From Eledone cirrhosa (Eukaryota): 64,000 nucleotides of DNA. The notes under the pieces are model-generated. The model was not told the DNA's origin, searched no databases, and was given only the letters and a program-made list of their open reading frames with translations. The position numbers and the translations under genes were made by a program. Where the stretch lies: positions 275,962,001 to 276,026,000 of the forward strand of contig OZ024740.1 of NCBI GenBank assembly GCA_964016885.1, written 5' to 3'. This document shows, piece by piece, positions 12,687 through 25,641 of the stretch; position 1 is the stretch's first letter; each line of letters starts with the position of its first letter.

Positions 12687-12751
12687 TATTTTGTCTGATG
12701 AAAGCACGCCATAATTTAACTTGGTGTCCTTGAAATATGTATAATGAAATA
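12687..12751 (+). ncRNA. Type I hammerhead motif in repeat 12270-12790; homologue at 35605-35669 (-) in repeat 35475-35830
   Basis: TATTTTGT-CTGATGA-AAGCACGCCA-loop-TGGTGTCCTT-GAAA-TATGTA-TA-ATGAAATA. Confidence 0.75.
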
Positions 12752-13390
12752 AATATGGTTTTATAAATATAGTTTCCATTTGTTAATATCATATATATAT
12801 ATATATTTAAAAGAATAGTGTAACACACACTGACCATTATCACAACAATGAACCTCTTTACTACACACACACATATTTGTCGTGAAAGACGTATTTTTCA
12901 GTGACTTCTCAATCAGGTGAAAAAAGACACTCTTCGACAAACCTACATTTGGCGCAAAATCTATTTTGTAACATTCACGTGACTTCTACCGACCAATCAA
13001 AATTGTTTTGACCACAAGAATTTTTGCAACACAAATTGGCGCTAAACTTATTTTAATACCTCTGGAGCCACTTTTTTCACATAAAACAGGTATAATTTCC
13101 AAAACTGATCAGATTAGAGCAAACATCACGGGCGCTCTATCTCAAAATTATTTTTGAAAAGCATTAGAAACGCGCAACCGGTAAAAACTTAAAACCAAAA
13201 CTGAATACTAACCAATACTTATTACTAATTTTTACTTATTCCTAACCACCACCCCACTCTCCAGAGCGTGAAATTAATAAACATTCGTTGTACTGCCTCT
13301 CTGTTTTGTTCCTGTTCAAATTTTCCATTATATATATATATATAATAAAATGTGGAGAGGAAGCACACGAGTTAGGATATATATATATAT

Positions 13391-13884
13391 ATATGAAAAC
13401 AGGGAGAAAAAGACGATTATTGGGAAGAAAAATATTTTTTTTCCCTTTTTATTTCTTTCTGGGTTAGAAAATGATTAAAACGAAAGTCCACCATTTGCCT
13501 CCATCATGGATCAACTAAGCACCCTTGCTATATTAACACATTTTGATCTGCTTAACTTCAAGAACTATGCCTGTAAATAACATTATTCTTTCGGCACCAT
13601 TTCTTTAACATGTCCAACACCACCATTTTACACCAATACATATTATTATCATTTGATAATGCATAAAAATGCTGAAACCGGTAATAGACAATTATTAAAT
13701 ATATAAATAAATAAATAAATGCCATTGTTAATTAATAAATAAATCAACTAATACCTTAACACTTCACACAAAGTAAAATATTTCGTTTTAATAATTTTCT
13801 AACCCAGAAAAAAGAGAGACATAAATAAAAAGGGAAAAAAAATATACTTTTCTTCCTAATAATCGTCTTTTTCTCCCTGTTTTC

Positions 13885-13888
<4 letters not shown>
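13391..13888. mobile_element. Inverted-repeat-flanked element with internal variant hammerhead (13651-13685 +)
   Basis: Arms ~13391-13486/13781-13888 in (TA)n; TTGATAA-T-GCAT-AAAA-ATGC-T-GAAA-CCGG-TA. Confidence 0.65.
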
Positions 13889-13982
<94 letters not shown>

Positions 13983-13995
13983 TATATTTTTTTCA

Positions 13996-14190
13996 TATAG
14001 AAAAGCTTCTACAGGACTAGAACTGTTTCATTACTAAGAAATCATCAGGAAGCTCTTCGTGATGATTTCTCACGAATGAAACAGTTCTAGTCCTGTAGAA
14101 GCTTTTCTATATTAAAACATTTATACTCTGCTATCTATTAAGTACCTTACTTACTGTGCTTACCCCCGATTCAACCCGGAATAACTTATA
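13996..14190. mobile_element. Fold-back element with hammerhead in both arms (intact core 14004-14054 minus)
   Basis: Palindrome 13996-14112; minus AGCTTC-CTGATGA...GAAA-CAG..CTG-TA-GAAGCT; related copy at 7320-7437. Confidence 0.7.
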
Positions 14191-14268
<78 letters not shown>

Positions 14269-14415
14269 TATATAAACAGAGAGAGAGAGAGAGAGAGAGA
14301 CAGCGGGGAGAGAGAGGCGGGAGAAAGAGGTCATGAGAGAAATAGGCAGGTAGATTGGTTGGTAAAAAGATAGTTAATATGGTAAATAGGTGAGTTAGTT
14401 CGTAACCAGAGATAC

Positions 14416-14457
<42 letters not shown>

Positions 14458-14474
14458 CAGATAGATAGATAGAT

Positions 14475-14635
14475 ATATTTCTTTATTAGCCACAGGGGCA
14501 CAAAAGAAGGGGACAAATACAAAGGGGGAAGTTTACATACAATAAAAACGTGTAAAATGTTATCACAGATGGAATTTAAAAGTTAGTCGATTTTCCCCAA
14601 TAGAGGGAGACAGTTTATATGGGTAACACATACCC

Positions 14636-14673
<38 letters not shown>

Positions 14674-14674
14674 T

Positions 14675-14720
<46 letters not shown>

Positions 14721-14877
14721 TTCTTTATTAGCCACAGGGGCACAAAAGAAGGGGACAAATACAAAGGGGGAAGTTTACATACAATAAAAACGTGTAAAAT
14801 GTTATCACAGATGGAATTTAAAAGTTAGTCGATTTTCCCCAATAGAGGGAGACAGTTTATATGGGTAACACATACCC

Positions 14878-14880
<3 letters not shown>
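14475..14880 (-). mobile_element. Two tandem Tx1-like 3' UTR fragments in (GATA)n
   Basis: ~240-bp period duplication; matches the 3' end of 59367-59860. Confidence 0.7.
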
Positions 14881-14915
<35 letters not shown>

Positions 14916-14916
14916 T

Positions 14917-14976
<60 letters not shown>

Positions 14977-15927
14977 GTAAAAATAATAGATGAATATACA
15001 CATAACTGTTGTCACTGTTGTTTTGTTGGTGTTGTTGTTTAAACTGTGAGTAGTTCTAATCGAGTGTACAGGCCATCCCAGTCACGACATTCTTAACATC
15101 TTTCAATCTCACTGTTTCTAAACCTAGCGATCAACGTTTTCTTTTATTTTTAAGAGTGATGTGAAGGTGACTTAGTTATTACTTCTAACAAGTTACATGA
15201 CCCCGTAGACAAAGGATTGGAAGCCATTGCATGTCTTCAGACTTGAACGTGCCTACTGATGAAGTCTGAAAAAATAACATCTGAATAAACATTTAAGTGT
15301 TAAAACAAGTCAGTAATTTGATATAAATTGTATATATATGAATTTGTAGAATTAAAAATTCGTTATTTCCGTTCCTCTGCACAGATGTGCCCCATGGGTT
15401 CTTTCTTGTGCACTTGTGCACCTCTGTTACTATGATTTCTCACTCTTATCATAAATGTTCCCTGATTTTGGTGAGCCAATATGAAATAATTAATATTGTC
15501 TAGAAATCGCCATGAAACAAGCCAGTAAGAGAAACAATTCATTAGTCCGGAATGTCATTAACCCACTAAGTTATACTGCTTGACTAAAAAACACAGCAAG
15601 TTAAATAAACAATCAAAATTACAATAACAGCTTCTCCAACGCGAGATGAAAAAGAAAAGAGAAAACCATAGTAGAAGCTATTAAGCGATTTTTGTGTTTT
15701 AATTATCAGAACCAAGAATAGGTTTTATATACGCTGCTTTTGCTTTCACTATGTTTTTCTTTAACGTAATACGGGTAGCAGATTATATAACGTAATAGTT
15801 ATGCTATTCAATTTCTTAAGCAACATTTTGAAGAATGATTAAAATGGATTTACTTTTGGATTGAAAATGTGATAACTTGTTAGCATTGTGTTTTAATTTT
15901 GGCAGGTATATATACATATATATATAA

Positions 15928-15976
<49 letters not shown>

Positions 15977-15977
<1 letters not shown>

Positions 15978-17190
15978 TTTGAGTCTCAGTCATTGATGTT
16001 AGTTAACTGGAAAGTTTGTTGAAATGAATATCAAGCCACTACCTGCAGCCTCAGATATTCAGGACGTATCGGAGAGTTCTTGCCGTTCCCAGCAAGCATG
16101 CCTTTTGAAATGTTCCAAAAAGCGGGGCGGGGCCAATTTTCTTTAACCATCCCTGGAAACTTTTTGAGATAGTACCTAGTGCGCCTATGACAATCGGGAC
16201 CACTTTGACTTCATGGCAGTTCCAAATCCTTTTTACCTCCCAATTTAAGTCCTGGTATCGGTTAATTTTCTCCCTCTTCTTCTCTTGCACTCTCGTGTCG
16301 AATGGGCAGGCCACATCCACAATCAGGCACGATCTTTTTCCTTGTCCAAAACCACCAGGTCAGGTCTATTGTGTTCCAGTTTCTTGTCCGTCTGTATCCT
16401 AAAATCCCACAGCACCTTCACCTGATCGTTTTCTATCACCGACTCTGGCTTATGCTCATACCACTTCTCAGAATGTAGTAAATTGTTTACTTTGCATAGG
16501 TGCCAGTGTATCACCCTGCCCATCACATCATGTCTCCAGCCTTTATAGTGAGTTTGAGCTAATTGTTTACACTCGGATACAATGTGAGCCACAGTCTCCT
16601 CTCTCTCTCCACAGATCCTGCACAGTGGGCTAGCCTCCTCCTTGTAAATATGGTGTTTCAACCACTTCGTTTTGAGGGCCTGCTCTTGCGCAGCCATTAG
16701 CATTCATTCTGTAGCCTTTTTAAGGTTTCCTCTTCTCAACCAGTTCTATGTCTGTGGATCTCTAAATTCCGTTTTCTCAAAGAAGGTACTATGAAGGGAT
16801 TTTTCATGAAGGTTGCTCTTTCTCCTCTTTGTTATTACCCCCTTGGACATCCCCTGGTCTATTGTCCTCTCCTTCAGTAGAATTCTGAGCATTGGCTCCT
16901 TACTATCAGTCACGTATTTGTGTAGGTTGTTTTTCTCCAGCTGAACACAGTCCTCTATGCTGATAAGACCTCTTCCACCTTCAGATCTCCTTAAGTAGAG
17001 TCTATCGACATCACTTTTTTGTGGAACATGTTGTAGATAGTCAATAGCTTACTAAACTTCCTATCCATTTCTTTTTGTTCAGCAACATTCCATCTCAGAA
17101 TTCCCGCACTGTACCTAACAATAGACACAGCTCGGGAATTTACTGCACTTATGGCATTGCTACTGTTCAGATGTGACTTTAATACGCTCC
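15977..17190 (-). mobile_element. R4/Dong-like LINE, 5'-truncated copy 1 (CCHC knuckle + REL endonuclease)
   Basis: CRICGEREETVAHIVSEC, RHD, RPDLVV..DVACP..K..RY, VPIVIGALG, KACLLGT; flanked by (ATT)n. Confidence 0.9.
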
Positions 17191-17217
17191 TTATTATTAT
17201 TATTATTATTATTATTA

Positions 17218-17450
17218 CAGCTGCATTTATCTTGCTTTATGTTCATACGAGTTATCACCAAGTCACAACCAGTGACCTCAAGAGACAACAAGGTCCGCCA
17301 TGTTCAAGAAAGAACATATACTCACACATGCATCTTTAGTGTTTAGACTTGTGATGTACTTATATGGACAGAATCTTCCTTAGTGTATGGGCAGTTCCCA
17401 TTAGTACTATCTTTTGTATTTATCCTATACGCGGGTTTCCTGGGATTTGC
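17218..17450 (-). mobile_element. 3' end of a second R4/Dong-like family
   Basis: Minus strand encodes IQKIVLMGTAHTLRKILSI*; lies between (ATT)n tracts. Confidence 0.7.
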
Positions 17451-17486
17451 TATTATTATTATTATTATTATTATTATTGTTATTAC

Positions 17487-19050
17487 TCTTTGAGTCTCAG
17501 TCATTGATGTTAGTTAACTGGAAAGTTTGTTGAAATGAATATCAAGCCACTACCTGCAGCCTCAGATATTCAGGACGTATCGGAGGGATCTTGCTGTTCC
17601 CAGCAAGCATGCCTTTTGGAGCGTTCCAAAAAGCGTGAAGGGGCCAATTTTCTTTAACCATCTCTGGAAACTTTTTGAGATAGTCCCTAGTATCCTAAAA
17701 TCCCACAGTATTCCTTCTGTAGCCTTTTTAAGGTTTCCTCTTCTCAACCAGTTCTATGTCTGTGGATCTCTAAATTCCGTTTTCTCAAAGAAGGTACTAT
17801 GAAGGGATTTTTCCTGAAGGCTGCTCTTTCTCCTTGATGTTATTTCCTCCTTGGACATCCCCTGGCCTATTGTCCCCTCCTTCAGTACAATTCTGAGCAT
17901 TGGCTCCTTACTATCAGTCGCGTATTTGTGTAGGTTGTTTTTCTCCATCTGAACACAGTCCTCTATGCTGATAAGACCTCTTCCACCCTCAGATCTCCTT
18001 AAGTAGAGTCTATCGACATCACTCCTCTTGTGGAACATATTGTAGATAGTCAATAGCTTCCTAGTCTTCCTATCCATTTCTTTTTGTTCAGCAACATTCC
18101 ATCTCAGAATTCCCGCACTGTACCTAATAATAGACACAGCTCGGGAATTTACTACACTTATGGTATTCCTACTGTTCAGATGTGACTTTAATACGCTCCT
18201 TACTCTCCGAAGGTATTCAGTTCTTATCAATTCCTTCATTTTTTTGTTCTTGATGTCATCAGCCTCCAGAACGCCCAAATACTTGTATCCTTCCTCAGAG
18301 TCAATTTCTTTTATCATCTCACCTGTTGTTATCTGGATTCCGTTACTTCTGCTCAACTTACCCCTCCTCATCACAATGACTCCACACTTACTAATACCAA
18401 ATTGCATACATATATCATTGCTGAAAATACAGACAGTGTCAACAAGCACATCCAACTCCTTCTCACTCTTCCCGAAGAGCTTAAGATCGTCCATGAAGAG
18501 GAGGTGATTGATGGTAAGCCCTCCCTTTCCCAACTTGTATCCTGCTCTCACTTTTCGCAGTACACTGGTCAGGGGCATCAGGGCAAGGACAAACAACAGA
18601 GGGGACAGACTATCTCCCTGGAAGATACCTCTCTTGATCTTCACGCTTCCCAAGGATTCTCCAGTTGATGTTAACTCTGTTTCCCAGGACTTCATACTTT
18701 TGCCCAACAACTGTCTGATGTTATCTGCCACCTTGAAGATCTCTAGGCTTTTGGTGATCCAAGAATGAGGCACCATGTCAAATGCCTTTTTGTAGTCTAT
18801 CCATCCCATGGCAAGACCAGTGTGTCTCTTCCTGCAATTCCGCATTACCATCTTATCAATAAGCAACTGGTCCTTTGTACCACGTGACTTCTTTCGGCAT
18901 CCTTTCTGTTCGTCCGGTAACAAGTTGTTTGTGTGGAGGTGATGGTAGATTTCCTCAGACATAATGCTTGTCAACAGTTTCCACATTACGGACAGACATG
19001 TGATAGGTCTATAGTTGGTAACATCATTACCCTTGATTCGGTCTTTCATT
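17487..19050 (-). mobile_element. R4/Dong-like LINE copy 2 (RT; internal deletions remove most of CCHC/REL)
   Basis: Same 3' end as copy 1; (ATT)n on both sides. Confidence 0.9.
17754..19049 (-). CDS. Reverse transcriptase (partial, R4/Dong clade)
   Basis: [39 protein letters not shown] motifs; 431 aa open. Confidence 0.85.
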   Translation of the reverse strand: MKDRIKGNDVTNYRPITCLSVMWKLLTSIMSEEIYHHLHTNNLLPDEQKGCRKKSRGTKDQLLIDKMVMRNCRKRHTGLAMGWIDYKKAFDMVPHSWITKSLEIFKVADNIRQLLGKSMKSWETELTSTGESLGSVKIKRGIFQGDSLSPLLFVLALMPLTSVLRKVRAGYKLGKGGLTINHLLFMDDLKLFGKSEKELDVLVDTVCIFSNDICMQFGISKCGVIVMRRGKLSRSNGIQITTGEMIKEIDSEEGYKYLGVLEADDIKNKKMKELIRTEYLRRVRSVLKSHLNSRNTISVVNSRAVSIIRYSAGILRWNVAEQKEMDRKTRKLLTIYNMFHKRSDVDRLYLRRSEGGRGLISIEDCVQMEKNNLHKYATDSKEPMLRIVLKEGTIGQGMSKEEITSRRKSSLQEKSLHSTFFEKTEFRDPQT

Positions 19051-19056
19051 ATCAGA

Positions 19057-19104
<48 letters not shown>

Positions 19105-19689
19105 GGCGCACAACGTAGTAAATCGTATCATCGTGATCTCCGCAAAGGTTTGTTATTTTCAGTTGTTTAAAATTGCCATTCATGGAAACTTTTTATTGTT
19201 AACTCTATATAAGTGCACATACATTGTTATCTGAAAAGGACACGCAAAAAGATTGGGGCCTTCAACCCAAAATTTAAACTTTTATAATTATCAAACAAAA
19301 ATTTTTCTTTGAAAAATCATGGATGACTCAGAGTCACTCCTTCCTCACATACTAACACCTGACACCGACACCACCATTGTAAATATTGCTACGTTTGCCA
19401 ACACTAAAAATATAAGCAGTAGCAATATTTTAAATTTGTCTCAGGCAGACATTCATTTCCCGCCATTACCAATGACTGCAGGTGTTAAAGCCGCCACCAC
19501 CACCACCACCACCGCGAAAACCACCACCCCCACCACCACCGCGACAACAGAAACAAAAGAAAAAGTAAATTAACCCGTGATATCGAAATGAATTCAACCA
19601 AAATGAACTCTTCCACACCGAACACCACTGACGCCACCACCACCACAACTGAAACTAAAATTAATAATAATAAAAATAACGATAACAAC

Positions 19690-19870
19690 AACAGCAACAA
19701 TGCTTTCTTTATTAACCACAAGGGTTTACATAAAGTAGACATTAAGGACAGTACAGGACAATACAGGACGGTACAAATGGGCAATTCTGCGTGTAAAAAA
19801 AACAGAGGATGTAATGAAAAAAAATAACAATGAAAAATTCCCCAGTAGGGGGGAGACTTCCGAGGGACAT
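19690..19870 (-). mobile_element. Tx1-like 3' UTR fragment (antisense to the adjacent LINE)
   Basis: Minus TGTAAACCCTTGTGGTTAATAAAGAAA matches the tail at 24168-24197. Confidence 0.55.
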
Positions 19871-19872
19871 TT

Positions 19873-20918
19873 GTGGAGAAAGCCTACAACAGCAACAATG
19901 ACATTAAGAAAACCACCCTGACTTTTGCCAGAGTAGCAAAACAGTGCGAAGCATTTCAGGTAACTCAGGAGGAATTAGAAGAAGCAAAGAAAATGGTAAA
20001 GAAAGATGGGTACAGGGTCAGGCTCCCCCCCCCATCTAATAAAATGGAGCATCGGCGCCTATGCACCGTGTCTCATCGAACAATTAATATAAAATCGCGC
20101 CGAGTTGAACGGGCATCCGAGTCCTATATCCAAAAAGCTTTGGGACATGTGTGGCCAAAGAAAACCCACATCAGACATGGGCAAAAATATGGAACCGTGG
20201 ACGTGTTATTTGAAACACCACAGGAGGCTAGAGAACACTCCATGGCCCCATTAAGAAGTGACGACTTCACACTCGTCCCAAGCTATTGTGGCCAGAGACT
20301 CATAAAGATCAGGGTGACCCACGTTCCACCGGCCATCGAATTCCCTGGCTAATAGCTGCCGTCCTCGCCGGCATCGAAGCCAACACCAAGGTAATCGAAA
20401 TAGCGAAAGAAAAGCAGGAGAACTGGTCCGGATCAGGGATGGAGCTCCTGATCCAAGCGGACCAAAAAAGCATTGAGAAGATCCCAGAGGTAATAGACCT
20501 CACTGACGGCAGCCACCTCACCGTAATCGTCGAGGGCAGAAGGCCTAGGTGTGTGGTTTGTGGTGAAGGAACCCACCTAAGGGCTTTCTGCCCTCAGGCT
20601 AAAAGGTTGAGGCCACCTCTCTTACCCACCCCAGTGACTCAACCATCAACACCACCAGCAGCAGAGATGGCAGCAACAACTGTAGCAGCAACAACAGAAG
20701 CAACTGTAATAGCAACAATCCCAGCAACAGTAGCAAAACCAACACCACCACCACCCAACGCGCCAGAACTAGCACCAGCGCCTACACCATCCACCACGCC
20801 ACAACCAAAACCAACGCCTGTGGAGGATTTTCCACTCCCCGGCCTATCACAACTGGAGACAGATTGTGACGTCGAGGAGTGGGAGACGGTATCAGGAAAA
20901 AAGAAAAAAAAAACATAA
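19873..20918 (+). pseudogene. Tx1 ORF1 (gag-like, CCHC knuckle), frameshifted
   Basis: EGRRPRCVVCGEGTHLRAFCP, Pro/Thr-rich linker, EEWETVSGKKKKK. Confidence 0.75.
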
Positions 20919-21489
20919 AAGAAAAAATTCTCTCCCTCCCCCTCCAAAAACAAAATACAGAGGGAAACAAATAAACTATCAAACAAAAAAGTTAGGACAG
21001 ATATGCCACCATCCACACCAGCATCACCAACCCCATCAACACAAAGACCAACACCATCACCATCATTAACCCCAACACCACCATCACCAACACCACAAAA
21101 AGCGAAACAGAAACAAACCCACAACAAACGCAAACAAAACAGAACAACCAAAACGATACACACTACCGTGCATTAAATTTGAACAACAACCAATTATTAC
21201 ACTACATCCAACACAACACCAGCATCACAGAAAAAGACTACACAACAACCCAAAAGTTCACACTACCTCCACACATACAAAAACACTCGCATCACACAGA
21301 AAATGTACACGACACTAAAACAAAAATTCCCCAAAGACATCGGAGACTTCCGACAGACACTCTCCAGGAGGATTTATAAGGACATCCTTCCGGAGGAGGC
21401 CACAAACAGTGAAAAGGGTGGAGAAACCATCCTTCCTCTACGAGAAGTAAGGTAAGTGGTCTTTCCCATCTTTTCCACTCCATTTCAAC

Positions 21490-24165
21490 ATGACCTCACT
21501 CAGAATAGGCAGCATAAATGCGCGTGGCTTGGGGTCGTCATGGAAGCAGGGCCACCTGCTCAACGACCTCAGGTCACTAAACATAGATGTAGTGGCCATC
21601 AGCGAGACCAGAATCACCGAAGCACGGGCCTTCGCACCGATCTTTGGCGGCTACGATGTGTACGCATCTCCCAGCCGTCCGGGATCGGTGGGAGGAGTTG
21701 CTGTGCTTTTTCGGAGAGGTATGGATCTCGCCATACGGGCCATCTTCCTGGACCCAGAAGGGAAGTTGGTGGTGCTAGACCTGACCAGCGGAGACGGGCA
21801 AGCTTTCAGGCTAGTGGCCGTCTATGCCCCGACAGGAGCAGGGCGGCCTGATTTCTTCCGGCGTCTGGAGACCTTTCTTGGAACGTCCCGCTCTTTAGTG
21901 TTAGTGGGCGACTGGAACGGGATCTTAGATGCACGCTGGGACTGTGTGGGATTAGCGAATAGGGAAGGAGGGTGCAAGAGTCTCACTAACCTGCTCAGGC
22001 GTTTTGAACTGTCTGACAGGTACCGATTGGATTTCCCGAATGTGCCAATGTGGACTTGGACAAATCGCATAGGGTCATCCAGATCATATCTAGATAGAGT
22101 ATTTTGTAGGGAAATAGATATGTCTAGCATAGGCTGTCCACAATTCAAGATAGTCAGTTACACGGACCACAAATTCGTGATCTGTGTGCTTGACTTAGAT
22201 AGGCGTCATAGACGAGGACCCGGCTACTGGAAGCTAAACGCGTCCTTACCAGCGCGCAAGGCCTACAGAGACCGGATTAGCGAACTAGTTATGCGGGCGT
22301 TGACGAGGGCCATCGTCAACAACAAGTTGTGGTTTGCTCTGAAAAGAGCAATTAGAATAGAGTCCATTAGGTTTAGTAAGGCTTTAGCAATAGAGAAAAA
22401 TAGAGCAGAGGGAGAATTAGTTAGAAAATTAGAAGAGGCGCTTAGCAAAGGCATCGCGACCGACGTACTTGCGGCGAAATTGGCCCTTGACCAATTCTAG
22501 AATGCAAAGCACGAAGGCTGCGTTGTCAGAGCTAGGGTGCGTGCTCTCAGACACGAGGGGACGAAGCCGTTCAATGGGCCCGAGTGGCGGAGGCGCGTCG
22601 TGGCAACAAAGCCACGATCCGGTTTTGGTGGACCACGACAGGCGCATGCTACTCGATCCCGGGCAAATGTGTGAAGCTTTTCAGCGACACTTCGCACAGC
22701 TGTTCGGGAGCAGTGGCGGGCCGGATCGAGGGATGAACTTTAGTGTCTACCTCGACGGACTGCCGCGGTTCTCGGCCACTGAGGTGGAGTGTTGCGAAAA
22801 GCCGATAACAGCCGCTGAAGTACGGGAGGCAATGACTGGCTGCACAAGGGGTAAATCGCCTGGTTTGGATGGTCTGCCCTATGTCTTTACGTACAGATGC
22901 CAGACTTGTTCGGAGGCCTCTTGGCGGACGTCTACTGCAACTGGCAACAGAACGGGAGAATTCCCAGCTCTGTGAGCCGAGGAGCTGTGGTGCTGCTGAG
23001 AAAGGATCCGAACAAGGGGGATAACATAGATAATTTCAGGCCCATAACTCTGCTAAATACAGAGTCCAAGATTTTGGCCAAGGTGCTAGCAAAGAGGTTG
23101 GCGCTTGTCGTTCGTGGTCTGGTGGGAGAGGCGCAGACGTGCGCCATTCCCGACAGATCCATCCACGACAACCTCCACCTCATGCGATACATCGTAGAGA
23201 GGGTAGCTGGGGAACCTGGCACGGGTGGGTCCTTGATTAATTTAGATCAGTCGAAAGCTTTCGATAGGGTCGACCATCGTTACCTAGCGGCAGACCTGAG
23301 GACGGCTGGCTTTGGGCCCGTCTTCAGAGTCTGGATCGCTGCCATGCACAGCGACATCTGCTCTGTGGTGAGAGTGAACGGTCACCTTTCGGAACCCTTC
23401 AACATCATGCACTCGGCCCGCCAAGGATGTCCCCTCTCGTCCCTCTTGTACGTATTGACTCTCGAGCCATTACTACACAAACTGGAGAAGTTGAGGGGGT
23501 CCCGCGCGAACTAGGATGCGGAAGATCCGTGTCAGCATATGCGGACGATGTCACCGTAGTGGTCATCTACTACCGCCTGACCATCGTATCTTGTGCTAAG
23601 CCTCGCCTGACTGCGCTGGAGCGTTTGCTCTTTCGCTTTTTGTGGAAGGGACGCGCTCCGATGGTCAGGCGGTCCATCTGCTGTCAACACCCGCTACGTG
23701 GAGGGCTGGGCATGCCGTGGCTGATTATGCGCAGACACGCGCTCAGGATACGACATCTCTCTTCCTCGACGGTGATCAGGTGTGGTCGTCGTTTGCAAGA
23801 CGCGTCTTTCCCCAGCTCGTCTCCTTGACGGAGCTGCAGTCCTGGGTCAAGCGAAGACCGAGAGGGAGCACTGGGAGCACTGGGAGACTGGAATGTCTTC
23901 AGGCGCTCACAGCCCTCGACCAATCGGGCAATGTGATCGGTGGAAACTCCACCCTGGTGTTTTATAGAGGATTAGTGGAGGGGAAGAGCAACGACGTACT
24001 TGGGCAACTCTAGGCGTCGACGAAAATCAACTAGCCAATCTCTTCAGAAGAACTTTTGGGCCGGGGCCTATGGACAACTTCCAGAAATCCCTGGCCTGGC
24101 AGTGCTACCGAGGAGCTTTGCCAGTTCGGGATAAACTCTACAGGCAGGGAGGTGCCGTCAACAGG
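21490..24165 (+). pseudogene. Tx1 ORF2 (AP endonuclease + reverse transcriptase), disrupted
   Basis: SINARGL, SET, VYAP, GDWN, YLDR, TDH, GYWKLN; KSPGLDGLP, RPITLLN, DQSKAFDRVDH, RQGCPLS, YADD. Confidence 0.9.
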
Positions 24166-24898
24166 GCATGTAAACCCTTGTGGTTAATAGAGAAAACATT
24201 ATTATTATTATCATTATCATTATTATTATTATATATATATATATATATACATACCGTGTTTCTTTAGAAATACTAAATTTCTATACACATCTGTATACAG
24301 CTAAATCCTATTTCTATTCTATTATAAGTTGAGTCAACTTATGCATCTTCATATGCAAATGAGATTAATCACCTCATTTACACAGACGAGAAAACTATAT
24401 ATTCTCGACTGTTTTCAAGTCCAGCAGTCGCAAGTGTGGGAGGGGTCGTATTGATGAAGACCAGTTAATCACATCGGCGATTGTCCACCTTGCTTCCACT
24501 GGCCACTACCAGAGGTTGTTAGCCCCGGTGTTTTTTGCATAGCTACGGCTTCCTAAATGTTTACCCCGTAAACATACGTTGTTTCTTCAGAAATACGAAA
24601 TTTCTATACATATCTGTATACAGCTATGCTTGAAGCTAAATCCTACCTACCCCCCACTCTCCTGAGCGTGAATTTAATAAACATTTATTGTACTGCCTCT
24701 CTGTTCTGTCCCTGTTCAATTTTTCATTATATATATATATATATATATATATACAAAATTAAGATAAATCAAACGAATTTAATCTAAATCAAAATTATGG
24801 ATGTCATGCCAGGAAGACATGCGTGTGGTTACACACTTGTAAAAATTATCTCCTGTGATTATTCATGTTTATTTATATGTTAATCAATCTCTAGTTAT

Positions 24899-24947
<49 letters not shown>

Positions 24948-25260
24948 TGTATGTATACATATGGATTTGCGACCGACATATAGTATTAGCAATTGGAAAG
25001 ACCGATTTGACGAGCTCCACCTCACGCGTTAAGGGAATGAGGTCTGGGATATTGTCGATCGACTGTCGATATATGTATATGTATATAAGAGATGGAACAA
25101 CGACGACTGAGCTCTTGCCGTTTCTACAATTAGTTCCAGACTCAAGAGCTCAGCCGTCGGGGTCCCGACTCTTTTAAAAAACCATACTCTGCTGCCCCCA
25201 AGTATCGAGTACTCTAGTGAGTAATGATCTAACGAGTTTCTTACTATATCTATCTTTATT

Positions 25261-25375
<115 letters not shown>

Positions 25376-25560
25376 GTATGTGTGTGTATATGTGTGTGTG
25401 TGTGTATGTGTGTGTGCGTAACCGATATCTGGGAGATTTAATGGTTGATTACTTATAGCGGCCAATGCCAGCTTCTTTCCGTCTTAAAGGGTCGTCATTC
25501 TATCTTATAAGCTATTCTATGGCATCGCGGCGCATGAGCACATCATTATATATATATATA

Positions 25561-25641
<81 letters not shown>

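Larger units (their letters stand above)
19873..24230 (+). mobile_element. Tx1-clade LINE, decayed (ORF1 + APE-RT ORF2)
   Basis: ORF1 with zinc knuckle, APE domain, RT motifs; frameshifts, stop codons and internal deletions; tail followed by (TTA)n. Confidence 0.9.

Noticed and set aside
15255-15290. CTGATGA hits here and near 30112, 56870 and 57193
   Set aside because: No correctly placed GAAA/stem III/stem I partner found
19319-19827. Possible host exon or ORF1 N-terminus
   Set aside because: Low-complexity Thr/Asn text with a stop, interrupted by an antisense LINE tail; cannot be assigned
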